DNA of 64,000 bases from Eledone cirrhosa. Taxonomy: Eukaryota. Positions 42,573 through 55,642 of this stretch are shown here, one piece after another. The stretch is taken from the NCBI GenBank assembly GCA_964016885.1, contig OZ024762.1, forward strand, positions 11,160,001 through 11,224,000, read 5' to 3'. Made by a program: the position numbers and the translations under genes. Position 1 is the first letter of the stretch. Each line of letters starts with the position of its first letter. The notes under the pieces were generated by a model. The model was not told the DNA's origin, ran no database searches, and worked only from the letters and a program-made list of their open reading frames with translations.

Positions 42573-44048
42573 ATGTCGACATTTAAGAGCTTTGTTAACC
42601 AATGTACTTCATGTCGATGGAAGTTAGGTTATGCGTGTTGTGTAGCTTTTCTACTGATGCAATCATTAAGAGTTGATCTAAGTATGGCCTTTGTTTGCAT
42701 GTTCAAAACACCCAATCGTACAACTGATGATGAAGTCAATTTGACACGAAACAACGGACATTGTTCTGGATCAGAAAACACTACGAAAACCCAAGATTTT
42801 GAAGGAGAAATCGAATGGAGTGATACCTTACAATCAAATATTTTGGCTGGTTACTTCTATGGTTATATTGCAACTAATATTTTGGGTGGTGTATTGGCAG
42901 ACAGATATGGCGGAAAAAGAGTTCTAGGATGTTCTATTCTCTCGGCATCAATTGTGACATTTCTTTACCCAAGTTTATCTCGAATAAGTGGTTACTTCAC
43001 TCTTGCCTTGAGGATATTGACAGGTTTGTGTTCGGGTCCAATACCGCCGGCAATTCATTCCTTATTTGGACGTTGGGGACCTCCGCAAGCAATTAGCTCT
43101 TTGATTGGGTTTATATTTGCTGGTCAAATTCTAGGTAATATTTTAGGTCTTTCAATATCTGGTTACCTTTGTGCGTACGGATTTGACAACGGGTGGGGTT
43201 CTATATTTTATGTATTTGGTGGAATATCGTTTCTATTTAGTTTTCTGTGGTTTTATGTCGTTTATGACACACCAGACCTCCACCCCACCATCAGTGAAGA
43301 AGAACATTCTTACTTAAAAGAAGCTATATCCTGTGAAAAGATTGTTAAGAAAGTATGTTGGCGAGAAATACTTACTTCACCTGCAGTTTGGGCCATGAAT
43401 ATCGGATTGTTTTCTTATGGCTGGACTGACTTATCTTTCCAGGTATTGCTACCTTTATACATGAAAGAAGCCTTAAATGTTAATACAACATCCAACGGAT
43501 TAATCTCTTCAACTCCATCAGTTGGACAAATCATTGCTTTACCGTTGTGTGGGAAATTTGCAGACATTTTGCGTTCAAAAAAATATTTATCAACTCGTTC
43601 AGTGAGAGTTTTATTCCAAACTATTTCTATGATTGGTTCAGCATGTCTATTGATAGGCATAGGATTTCTCAGATGTGACCATATCGTTCTGATAGGTGTC
43701 CTCTTATTTATAAGTGGTATAACACTATCATTTGCCAGTGGTGGTGTCTTAGCTAATAGCAGTGATATTGCTCCAAGTTATGCAGGTATTATATATGGAA
43801 TTGCTAATGCATTTGCTTCAGTAGCCGGCATTGTTAGTTCTTTATCTACAAACGCTCTAACACCAAACGGTACACAGGAAGAATGGCAGATCGTGTTGGC
43901 AATATGTGCAGCTGTTTGTGTATTTGGTGCAATAATGTTTGCAATATTGGCAAGGGCAGAAATCCAAGATTGGGCAAGTTCACAGAGATCTCAAGCACCT
44001 GTTCATCCTATTAATTCAATTGAAACAGATATAAACGAAAAATTCTAG
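42573..44048 (+). CDS. SLC17A5-like: SLC17/sialin-like MFS transporter, paralog 5 (491 aa), closest to paralog 1
   Basis: Full ORF. About 760 bp of upstream sequence (41816-42572) is nearly identical to 6557-7315. Confidence 0.95.
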   Translation: MSTFKSFVNQCTSCRWKLGYACCVAFLLMQSLRVDLSMAFVCMFKTPNRTTDDEVNLTRNNGHCSGSENTTKTQDFEGEIEWSDTLQSNILAGYFYGYIATNILGGVLADRYGGKRVLGCSILSASIVTFLYPSLSRISGYFTLALRILTGLCSGPIPPAIHSLFGRWGPPQAISSLIGFIFAGQILGNILGLSISGYLCAYGFDNGWGSIFYVFGGISFLFSFLWFYVVYDTPDLHPTISEEEHSYLKEAISCEKIVKKVCWREILTSPAVWAMNIGLFSYGWTDLSFQVLLPLYMKEALNVNTTSNGLISSTPSVGQIIALPLCGKFADILRSKKYLSTRSVRVLFQTISMIGSACLLIGIGFLRCDHIVLIGVLLFISGITLSFASGGVLANSSDIAPSYAGIIYGIANAFASVAGIVSSLSTNALTPNGTQEEWQIVLAICAAVCVFGAIMFAILARAEIQDWASSQRSQAPVHPINSIETDINEKF

Positions 44049-44194
44049 TGGGTTTTTTTTCACGTTGTGTGACCTACTCAATAAAGCGGAACACAGAGAA
44101 GAGAAACAACTAATCATTTAATAATCTCATTCTATCGAGTACGCACATGACTTTACCATCTACTAGCATATAAGTATATGTGTATTCTTTCTTC

Positions 44195-44235
<41 letters not shown>

Positions 44236-44237
<2 letters not shown>

Positions 44238-44520
44238 AGGTGTGTCAGAAAAGTTCCAGGACTGATGTCACAAAAGATTTATTTCAAACCCAAACTTCAC
44301 ACTAAGAGTTTTCTCCTTCAAAGTAATCCCCTGGAGTCTAATGTACTTTTCCATCCTTTTCTGCCACGCTTGCATGCACTCCTGGAAGGATTCTTCCGGG
44401 ATCCTCCGCAGTTCCGTCGTCACGGCCTTTTTTATGTTTCAACGTCTTCAAAACGGGTCCCCTCCGGGTCGTACTCGAAGATCCATGACTCATCACCGGT
44501 GATGACTGTCCTTAGCAAGT
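44236..44520 (-). mobile_element. Internally deleted mariner (Tc1/mariner) remnant
   Basis: TIR-like end TA|ccaggtgtgtcagaaaagttccaggact. The minus strand gives VITGDESWIFEYDPE and ..IPEESFQECMQAWQKRMEKYIRLQGDYFEG. Confidence 0.8.
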
Positions 44521-44592
44521 TTCCACAGCCTCACTTTCATATTTCTTATATTTTGTTTTCAAATCCATATTTAATAAAAACACTATGTTTTA

Positions 44593-44650
44593 TTCATTCT
44601 GACGATTGAAAACAGATATATCTGTTTTCAAGAAACCACTGGTAAATGAA
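44593..44650 (+). ncRNA. Hammerhead ribozyme motif (family E-related)
   Basis: ttcatt-CTGACGA-ttgaaaacagat at atctgttttcaa-GAAA-ccactgg-TA-aatgaa, with a perfect 12-bp stem II. Confidence 0.75.
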
Positions 44651-44890
44651 ATAATTATCTGATTCGAAATCACTAGACTTATCTGAGGAACTTGTGAATC
44701 CAGAGTCAGGTTCGATCCACAAACAGATCGCACCTCGAGCTGTTCTCCGGAGAAACAATTGTAATACGTAATAAATTGTGTTCCGATGAATCACTGATTC
44801 TTCGTTTTCTATATTATCATACTCTGCTCCGAAAGAGCATAGAGTGCTCAACCGGCATACCGCCTATGGACGCACCCAAGCAACCTTACT

Positions 44891-44968
<78 letters not shown>

Positions 44969-46276
44969 GAAGAAAGAATACTCATATATATGTATATAGG
45001 TATGTATGTATGTCTTCATTAAGACATCTCTCTAGGAGAAGGTCACTCTGATATAAAACCTGCGATTTCGTTTGCATCCAATGATGTAGACCAGTTCTTC
45101 TTTTTGGGCAAATACATTCGATGTTCAGAGAGTGGGATTGGCTCCGTGCAAAGCCTTTCCTCACTTAAAAAAGTTTCAAGTACAGACATCGCTTGATATG
45201 TGACATTTTTTGCGATGCATGGCATTGCTGGCCATAGGCAAGTCCATAGCAGGACTAAAAAAAACACGTACGTGATATTCATACTTAAGTATCAAGTGAT
45301 AGCATTACTCAAAATCGAATTGCAACCATCATGTATGCATGTATGTATGTATAACCCATATTAAAATTTGTTTTTATTCGTTTAAGGGAGTGTAAAGACT
45401 TTTGAGCCCTTATCATTAGGCAAAGTAAGATAATTTCTTAGGTATTTGGTATTGAAAAACGCCAGCAATTATCCCAGTGTATTATCCCAGCAATTATCCC
45501 AGTGTATTACTGGTACATTATGTTATCGACCTCGTAAGGATGAAAGGCAAAGTTAACCTCGGCGGGATTTGAACTCAGTCCTTAAAAGGACGTAACTCTA
45601 TGCTGGAAAGCATGGCGTCCGATAAAATAATAAATGTTTTTTTGTAATCAACAATGTTTTCAAGTGTTATCTATAGAAAAATGGGGATCCCTTTATATTC
45701 TGACGTACAGCGGGGTCTTCCTCTCCGGGTCTGAACGCAGCTGATTTCTTCCAAAGAAAAAAAGAGAGGGAAGCAGAAAGAGAGAGAGTGGGAGAGAGAC
45801 GGGGGAGTGAGAGTGCATGCATGCATGTATGCACTCGTGTGCTACAAACAGCGCGTTGAGCCAGTGATTATCTGTGTTACATGGCGTGAAGCGACTGAGA
45901 GTACAACACTCCCCACTGGACAAAACGCCAGTCCATCGCAGGGTTAAACTCCCATCTATCGTTTTTTAGTTGAGTTTGTAGATTAACTGGTGTATTTTAA
46001 CTAGAAAGACGTGTATAGCGCAGAGGTTCTTAAACCTTTGGGGTCACCTCACGGCCACGTAGCACCCCTAGCGCCCTCTAATCCTATTTCAAGAGAGACC
46101 TGCCTACACAGAAATTGTGAATAATATATAATAAATAAAGAAAAGAAAATCGTTAATTTATATATAATAAATAATATAAAATATACTCTGGATAATTTGA
46201 TATTTAATATACTATTATATCATCTCTACTGCATCCCCCCCCCCTCAGTTCCACTGTCCCTGTATACATACATATT

Positions 46277-46349
<73 letters not shown>

Positions 46350-46353
<4 letters not shown>

Positions 46354-46696
46354 AAAAAGAGATGAAATCGAAAATGCAACTGAAGTCTTATTTTTAAAAA
46401 AAATATATATATTTATTTGGTTCCTTTACCGGTTTCGCAGTTCTTCTGCTTTTCAAAAGGTGAGTTGAGATGGAGGGTCTGTGGATTTTCTCACATGTGA
46501 GAAAAACCACAGACCCTCCATCTCAACTCACCTTTTGAAAAGCAGAACTGCGAAACCGGTAAAGGAACCAAATAAATATATATATTTTTTTTTAAAATAA
46601 GACTTCAGTTGCATTTTCGATTTCATCTCTTTTTCGTTATACTTTCACTCGTGTAGGACACCTCGGTTATTTTTCATTTTGTAAAAAAAACCTCAC

Positions 46697-46703
<7 letters not shown>
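46350..46703. mobile_element. Palindromic repeat family C with U3-A8 hammerhead motifs
   Basis: Arms of about 145 bp centred on tcacatgtga (46491-500). HHRs at 46423-46460 (-) and 46531-46565 (+). Tail on the right arm only. A shorter palindrome of the same family lies at 47382-47540. Confidence 0.75.
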
Positions 46704-46734
<31 letters not shown>

Positions 46735-46952
46735 TTTCATATATTTTTATATCTGTATATCTGTTTGACCCGAAAGAGGAGATTGAATCTTCGCTGTGTG
46801 GATAATTAGTTTAACCACCATCTCAGTGTGTTTGGCCTTTAACGTAAGTTGTAAGCTCTAATTCTTTTGAATTATTGAGCGCTTGCCTCACAATTCGAAA
46901 GTGATTTTTCGTTATTTCATAGGCTGAAATTCGATTCTCGCTAATTTTTACT

Positions 46953-46996
<44 letters not shown>

Positions 46997-47106
46997 TGAG
47001 GGCGGCCGACAGAGGTAGAAACTGCTAAATTACCGGCCACCCTCCCGTCTCTGATTTTCAACACCATGGATTTTTATCTGTTATATTCCTTCGTTATATT
47101 TTGAAT

Positions 47107-47163
47107 TACCTGATGATGTCACCGGATTCATACTGAACCCGGTCATTGAAATGATCATAGTAT
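47107..47163 (+). ncRNA. Hammerhead motif (family H)
   Basis: tac-CTGATGA(47110-16)-..accggattca tac tgaacccggt..-GAAA-tgatca-TA-gta. Confidence 0.6.
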
Positions 47164-47213
47164 AATAAACCTTTCAAGGATTTACACCAGAACTTGCCTC
47201 CTGTTATTTTGTA

Positions 47214-47251
<38 letters not shown>

Positions 47252-47533
47252 CTGTATGTAAAAGGTAAACAGTATATGGAAGGGATATATTAGGTTAACG
47301 CTTGATATAGCAGGAAGAGGGTCTAACTTTTTTCGGACGCTAGTCCTATACATACATGTAAATATATATATATATATATATTAGAAAGTGAGGTTTTTTT
47401 TTACAAATTGAAAAATAACCGGTGTCCTACACGAGTGAAAGTATAAAGAAAAAGAGATGAGATCGAAAATGCAACTGGAGTCTTATTTAAAAAAAATAAG
47501 ACTCCAGTTGCATTTTCGATTTCATCTCTTTTT

Positions 47534-47724
<191 letters not shown>

Positions 47725-47756
47725 TGCAAGGTTAGTCTAGGGTGCTAGATACCCAG

Positions 47757-48074
47757 GCGTACATTGTAGGGCCAGCCTATGGCGCTAAATACCCAGGTGT
47801 ACATTGTAGGGCCAGCTTAGAGTGCTAGATATCTAGGCACATAGTGTAGAGCTAAGCAAGTGCTTGGTGAATGCGACCTCGTATACACACTGTAAGAAAG
47901 CTGTTGCCCCATTCGTTTGTCATATTCCAGCTGCAGCATTGAATTGTTAACAAAGCATTCAGTATACCAATTAATACATATGTTATTTAAAACACATAAT
48001 GGTGGAATGGAATCTGTCTGTTTCGATAATGAGTGTCTGAGTTGTTCGATCACACACACACAAACACACACACA

Positions 48075-48137
<63 letters not shown>

Positions 48138-48711
48138 GCACGCGCACACACGCACACACACGCACACACACACACACACACGCACCCACGCACCCACGCA
48201 CGCACGCATGCACGGACGCACGCACGCACGCACGCACAGGTGGATAGATATTTTCAATGGACAGGTTACGTAAAATCCTGGCGACATCATCAGGGGTGTA
48301 TTGCATAATTAGTTACTCAATAAAGGAATTACAACAAACACAAACAGAGAAGATGTAAGCATATAAACCAGAGAAAGTATTTGTGTTCGGAGATGGCCTA
48401 CGAGGTAGGTGTTATTGCTTCCACACACAATCTCCGAATAAGAAGCTTGTCAATGCAAGGCATTGAGTATCATGCGACCTCGCATATACTGTGAGAAAGC
48501 TGTTGCACCCATCGTAGAATATTGCTGGCCCCATTCATTATTCATGCTCCACCTGTAGCATTGAATTGTTAACAAAGCATTGTTAACAAAGTATTCAGTA
48601 TACCATTCAGTATACAAATCAGTATACAAATTAATACATATGTTATTTAAAACACATAATGCTGGAATGGAACTCTATCTGTTTCGATAATGAGTATCTT
48701 AGTTGTTCGAT

Positions 48712-48755
<44 letters not shown>

Positions 48756-48790
48756 TACATACAAACACAAACACATACATACACAGGTGG
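47757..48790. repeat. 40-bp tandem repeat followed by a diverged direct duplication (47870-48243 / 48472-48790)
   Basis: gctagatacccaggcgtacattgtagggccagc repeats; atgcgacctcg..gttgttcgatcaca(ca)n..caggtgg occurs twice. Confidence 0.8.
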
Positions 48791-49550
48791 GTAAAAACCC
48801 ACTGATTAAGTTGTATTAGCATACCCCACCTCCACAGTATCTGTGTCAGACTGTCATTGATCAGATAGTTTTCGGATTCTAGTAATGGTCAACATCTTTG
48901 TCGGTCATATAGAACTTTCATAGAGAATACTGTTTAGAGCAGCGGTCACTAACCGGTGGTCCGAGAGAAAGTTTTGGTGGTCCGCAGGAAAATTTGTACA
49001 TCATTTGTAATTTTTATATTTTATTAATTATAAAACAAAAATAATATTTGTTTAAGATATATTTTTTATAACCCCTAAAAAATGTTCCTCCTCAGTAAAG
49101 AACTAACATCCATGGAAGTGCGCTAAGCAGCCGAAGTGAAAAATAAAGTTATATCTGTATATAGGCAGATATAACTTTATCGTACTACTTATATATATTT
49201 TAATTAACTACCAACATGTGCGTTAATTATATGCAAATTAGTACGTTCATTCCAGAATAGTATGCATTTCCTTGTGGTTAATTAAAGGAGACACGAAAAT
49301 CAATTAAATGTGTTTGTGGTTTTTATTTTTATTTTTTTCAAATCACACGGACATTGGTATTTCTGAAATGTTTACATATCCTCATATTAAAAATCTGTAT
49401 ATTTCTATACACATTAATGCAGTCTTGGTTACTGACTCCGTATATATACCGATATAAATTTATAGAATATTCAATACAATATTTCAAGTTTCATAAAATT
49501 ATAAAAGAAAATTATTCGTTTAAAGGAAGATTTATTTCAACTGATAGACA

Positions 49551-49950
49551 TTAGTTTTGTTGTTGTGCCCATTTTTGTACTTCAACTTTTACGAATATTG
49601 AATATATTATTGAACCAAGTACAGCCAACAATACACACAATGAGAAGTAGATTTGCCATTCAAATCGAGTTCCGTTTGGAGTGAGAAATTTGGCAACTAA
49701 AGAAGACACGAAGCCAGCAATTGATCCAAATGTATTAAGGACACAGAACACAATTCCAGCAAAATTTGGAGCAATGTCCAAATCGTTTACAATGAATCCA
49801 CCAACGAAACTTGATCAAATTAGACCGGACACAAACAACAAGACAGCGGTCAGAGTTATTTGATTACAGTTTAGAAACCCTATCACAAGAAGTGGAGGTG
49901 CAGATCCAATGAAACACACACTCTCAATAAGTACTGGAACTGAACGCGTG
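49551..49950 (-). pseudogene. SLC17 3' fragment (paralog 6/7 type) with a premature stop
   Basis: Encodes ..[48 protein letters not shown]->TGA at 49815-17; the 5' two-thirds are absent. Confidence 0.85.
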
Positions 49951-50550
49951 GTTTAACAATTCGATACATGGGTCTATACTTCTACATACACATGTGAACG
50001 TCCGAAGCTTCGAATGTCACGTCTGTGAATGCATAGACAGAGACAACAAACACACAGTTTCAAAATAAATTTCAAAAAATTCAGTGTTACTATATGTGCC
50101 TTTACCGCGGTTTCCGATCCCAAAATAAATAGAAAATCCAAGCGGTTTTCATTGAGAAAGAGATCATCGTCAGAAGGCTTTTCTCACTCGGAGAATATAA
50201 AATTCTCGAGCTCAAATCACAAACTGGCGCCACACAGAACTGTACTCGAATGAGAGTGAATGAGAGAAGAAACAATTCCGCCTGGTACCGTGTGCAAAGA
50301 CAAAGGCTAGGTGGACAGGTCAATGTACTGCTACTAAAAATAGCAGCCGTTCAAACGACCAAAGATTTCTCTACCGTAGGGGAGAATAGTAATAAAAGTA
50401 TGTATTCCTACATGTAAATAATACACATAGGGGTACAAGTATTTTCCAACCGTATGCCAGTGTAGTTAAATGGCAAGTTAGTAAATTAACAAGCCAGAAC
50501 ATATAAAATCAAGGTCAAGCAAATAGAGAAATCTTAGATATATAGATATA

Positions 50551-50696
<146 letters not shown>

Positions 50697-50901
50697 CCAC
50701 TACAATCGAAGCCAACTGATTAAACAGAACTCATTCTTCCGTGCTACCACCAGAGTTGGTAAGGCTAAGGTCAACACCAAGAAAACCACAGACAAAAATG
50801 TGAACATTCTCCCTAAATATGTATGTAAAAACAAAAACATTTCTTCCCCCATATTCTTATAATTCTTATTAATATGCAATGTGATTGCATTATACGCTTC
50901 C

Positions 50902-50938
50902 GTCGTTGAAAAAGCATATAAGCTGAAACCGGTACAAT
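50902..50938 (+). ncRNA. Minimal hammerhead-like motif with U3-A8 core
   Basis: TTGAAAA(50906-12)-agc atataa gct-GAAA-ccgg-TA; stem I is weak. Confidence 0.45.
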
Positions 50939-51109
50939 TAAATGCGGAAATTCCTATTTTGTAAATATATCTTTTGATGTTATTTTGGGGGAAAATCCCT
51001 TTAGCATTTTCGAGTGTTTTTTTTTAGTTTATTACTATTATATATATAAATATATATATATATATATACGATATTAAATAAATGGAAACTATATTTATAA
51101 AACCATATT

Positions 51110-51176
51110 TATTTCATTATATATATTTCAGGGATATCATATTAAAAATATGTTATGCCTTCCTCAGACAAAATAC
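51110..51176 (-). ncRNA. Hammerhead motif, inverted upstream of a Penelope fragment
   Basis: Minus strand: tattttgt-CTGAGGA-aggcataacata..tatgatatccct-GAAA-tatata-TA-atgaaata. Confidence 0.7.
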
Positions 51177-51524
51177 AATATAAACAGTCTTATAAATAGA
51201 TAGATTCGACATACCTTTCAACATCGACTTCAATTTGAAAAGTTGAATTGGTAGTGGAAAAAATATTAGGGACAGTTATAAAAAGAAAGAAAGAAAAAAG
51301 AAAAAACGGAGAAAAAGAAGAAATGCATGCAACTAAATAGAGAGAGATAGATATAGAGAGATAGATAGAGAGAAGAAATTCATGTAAAGAAACAGAGAGA
51401 GATATATAGAGAGAGGAAAAAACACAGAGGGAGATAGATAGAGAGAGAGAGAAGAGAGGAGAGAGAGAGAGAGAGAAAATATAGAGAGATAGATATAGAT
51501 AGAGATAGAGAGAAAGAAAATAGG

Positions 51525-52296
51525 TAGTTGTGCACCAGAAAAAAAAAAGATTTTCGACGAAAAAGCCCAGTATTACAATGAAGCGTTAGCTAGAGCAGGA
51601 TATAGTGATAAAATTATGTACATAGATAATAATAGACAAACTAACCAAAATAACAACAATTTTAATTACGGCAACAACTTTAACAACTATAATAAAAAGC
51701 ATTACAATAATTCCAAAAGCCAAAAAAGAAATAGAACTAGGAATATAATATGGTTTGCCCCCCCTTTCTCACTAAACATTAAAACCCACATCGCTAAACT
51801 ATTTTTTAATGCTCTTGATAATCGCTTCCCTAGAACACATAGGTATCACTCAATTTTCAATAGACATACTATAAAATTAACCTACTCATCCACCAAAAAT
51901 TTAGCACAAAATATTAATAGAATAAATAATAGGAATTTAAAACCTAGCCAAAATACCGATAATAGCATAAATAATATCCAAGTTAACAAATGTAACTGTA
52001 GAGATAGATCTAAATGTCCGTTAAATAACAATTGCTTAGTTAAAAATATAATATACAACTGTAATGTTAAAACGGACTTAAATTCTTTTAACTATGTTGG
52101 TTCCACCTCAACAGAATTTAAACTTCGCTATAATAACCACAAGAATTCTTTCACAGATCCAAGCAAAAAATCCTCAACATCACTATCAGGCCTACTCTGG
52201 CAACTTAGGCATGATAACGTTGGATATTCAACGGCTTGGAATATAGTCTCAAGAGGGATTCCTTTTAATTCATCCTCTGAGACATGTGACCTCTGC
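51525..52296 (+). mobile_element. Penelope-like element fragment (RT thumb/linker + GIY-YIG endonuclease)
   Basis: YYNEALARAGY..IIWFAPPFS..IFNRHTIKLTYS..CNCR..CPL..CL..IIY..YVGST..FKLRYNNH..LLWQL..WNIV..CDLC. Confidence 0.85.
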
Positions 52297-52432
52297 CAAA
52301 TTTATAACACCGAATGGAACTCGAACTGAATGGCAAATCTACTTCTCATTGTCTGTATTCCTGGCAGTACTTACTGCAGTTATATATGCAATATTCGCAA
52401 AAGGTGAAGTACAAAAATGGGCACAACAATAA
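52295..52432 (+). pseudogene. SLC17 3'-terminal fragment (last TM helix)
   Basis: [45 protein letters not shown], followed by about 450 bp of flank homologous to 60925-61350. Confidence 0.85.
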
Positions 52433-53370
52433 TACTGATATCTAGCAGTTGACATCTTTGAACTTTGAAATAACTGACTTTCTCTTATTTTGAATAACTT
52501 TATGAAATAATTTAGACTCTTTAAATAGTAACAAGTTCAATCATCGAGGATGTCGTAACTGGTGAAGCAAATCTCATGGCTTCACACTAGATGTTTGATG
52601 TTAATCCATCATGGCATTATCTATGTACCTTAATATGTTTGTGTTGAAATATATCCTGAAATCAAAAGTGAGTCAGTTGAAACCTAATAAATCCATTCAT
52701 AAATAAATATGGCGCTGCCAGGCATCATAGAATTAATTCACTCCGAAGACACAAGTTTTAAAATAATGTTTCTCCAAATCCTGGATAATGGTACGTCCGA
52801 TATTGCAATAATATTTCTTCAGAACACTTCCCTCTATTTTCAAATGATCAATAGACAACGCTGTGTCCAGTATTGAAATGATATTTCTTCAAATCACTTC
52901 ACTCTATTTTCAATATACATAAAACTAGAAGAGATAATTTCTCCAAAATTCTCCTCATATATTGATTACACTGATACATACAGTCAAAGTACTGGTGTAT
53001 ATAGGAAGTTATGAATATATTCTCGTATACGAAGTTATATATGTGTGTATATGCCATTATATATTTATCAAATCCCGCCGAGGTTGACTGTGCCTTTCAT
53101 CCTTACGGGGTCGATAAAATAAAGTACCAGTAATGCACTGGGGTAATTGCTGGCCTTGTGCCTAAAGTAGAAACAATTATATATTTATACGTTTATGGTC
53201 TGAGTTCAAATCCCGCCGAGGTTAACTTTGCCTTCCATCCTTACGGGGTCGATAAAATAAAGTACCAGTAATGCACTGGGATAATTGCTGGCCTTGTGCC
53301 AAAAGTAGAAGCAATTATATATTTATACACACACATACATTTATATGTAAATGAAGTGTATGTATATATA

Positions 53371-53576
53371 TATCGAATGACGAACTATTTTAATTGTCTG
53401 TGCACACTTTTCTTAATGTGTAACACGTTTTATTGAACAGTAGAATACATATAGACAGACGATACATATATATATGTGTATCTACATACATTGTGCTGTT
53501 CAATAAAAGGTGTTAAACATTAAGAAAAGTGTGCATTAAATGTGCACAGACAATTAAAATAGTTCGTCATTCGATA
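53371..53576. repeat. Imperfect palindrome (family F), no hammerhead core seen
   Basis: tatcgaatgacgaactattttaattgtctgtgcac ... gtgcacagacaattaaaatagttcgtcattcgata. Confidence 0.8.
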
Positions 53577-54127
53577 GTGGAGTTTAAACCCGTTAGTTTC
53601 TTGCATCTCTTTTCACAGGCGTTACATTCATAGCTTCCTATGTTTACCAGAGTTTGTAAAAGTCTAGACTGATGTATCGAACTATGATCTGTTAAACCAA
53701 TGATAGATTTCAGGAACCTCCCTATAAGTACTACATCTTACTCTATATATTGCCACCAACAGACTATAGTTTAGTTATAGTATCTGAGCTTATGACTTCG
53801 TAGTTTATTTGTAAGGCCAGACTTGGAAAGACATATACAACCACAGTTATCTGCAGATGAAGTTTATCAGGGTCACTTTAAAATATTCCAATTATATACA
53901 ACTTGTTTAAACTACACTCACCAGTAATATATATACAGAAATAAGTGTGTTTGACTTAACATTATTCTGTCTTAGCAGTTTCGTCTATGGTGGACAACAT
54001 TAACTACAGTGAAAATTCATGGTACGTATTGATAGCAATATTATTTTCATTCTATTTTGTTTAGTATTTTATTGTTTTTATATATATTCTGAATCTAGTA
54101 CACACACACACACGCATATACACATAT

Positions 54128-54287
<160 letters not shown>

Positions 54288-54345
54288 ATGTATGTATGTA
54301 TGTATGTATGTATGTATGTATGTATGTATGTATGTATGTATGTAT

Positions 54346-55040
54346 GGAGAACAGTCAGGAATTGGAGAAAAACACCATGGAAAGCATCCAGCAAATAGCT
54401 AACTCCATCCACCAGAGTATTAGAGTTACTATAGACTACCCAAGCAAACACCCCAACCATCGATTACCTGTACTAGACACAGAGCTCTGGTTAGAAACTA
54501 TTAATAACAAAAACAAATCCTCCATTCCCATTATGCCAAACCCATGACTTCCAAATATCTGATCCACCGAAACTCAGCTGTTTCGGATCACACCAAAATC
54601 AACATACTGATTGCGGATTTGGTACGGGTGATGAGAAACGAGTCCCGCATGTGCAACCCCAAAGAACTAGAGAGACACATACAACATTTCATCCACCGTA
54701 TCCAGTTCTCTGGTTACAATCAGAGAGATAAAATCAGAGTATATAGAGGAGCCAGAACCAAATAGGAAAAAATGGTAAATAATGATACAAATGGGACTTG
54801 TCCCTTGTATAGGAGCAAATTTTGGAATAAAATAGAAAGAACTAGGAATAAAGTTAATAGAATGAACTCATGGTATGATAGCAATAAATACCAGAGTGTA
54901 ATATTCATCAATACAACCCCTAGAGGTGAATTAGCTTACAAATTCAGAAGGACCCTAGATAAACATAAACTTAATATTAAGATAGTAGAAAGAACAGGTA
55001 CCTCCATAAAAACACTTATTAGCAATACATACCCTCTTAC
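54346..55040 (+). mobile_element. Penelope-like RT C-terminal fragment (degenerate)
   Basis: [71 protein letters not shown], with a frameshift and a stop. Second copy at 57308-58002. Confidence 0.7.
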
Positions 55041-55642
55041 AATATGGTGTAAAATTAGATTTATTTCTGACAATGAAATCATTTTCATTTTTATTGAGTA
55101 GAAATCAATTGATGCTTCGAATGTCTACTTTAAATTCGATGATATTTGTTGTTGGTGAGGGAGAAAAAATTGAAACTCTTAAAAGATATTATTTTTTGTC
55201 TGTCTTCAATAAATTTATGATTTCTGTGTCCAACCTTTCTGTGGTTACGTATGTGTCTGTATATATAATTAAATTTTATCAATAGAGAAAGTAAGAACGA
55301 GAGGAGAGAGACTAAAAAAAAGAATCTGAATATTTACCTGTAATATTTGATTGATATTATATATTTTATTTTTTCCGGGTCAGCTATAATTTATGGATCA
55401 CCAAATAAAGAAACTTACAGTCGCCATCTGCTGATGACAGAATAAACTCTCTTATTTTACCAAATAATCTCAGATAGACAACTAAATTATATACGAGATA
55501 CACTTCCGGAACATTTCAGTATCCAATGAACATTAGAAAATATATTATCCAATCAAAATTTGAGAAATAATTTCGAAACCTATCTAACAAAGAGAAGTTC
55601 AATCGTGTGTGAGAAACATTGGATATTAAACTGCTATTAAGA

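Noticed and set aside
51616-52329. Intact 237-aa nuclease gene or in-frame nuclease-transporter fusion
   Set aside because: It is a truncated Penelope fragment; the last residues are SLC17 sequence read out of frame.
55619-55642. ORF-track starts at 55619, 58581 and 38499
   Set aside because: These are TTG codons; the downstream ATGs align with the other paralogs.
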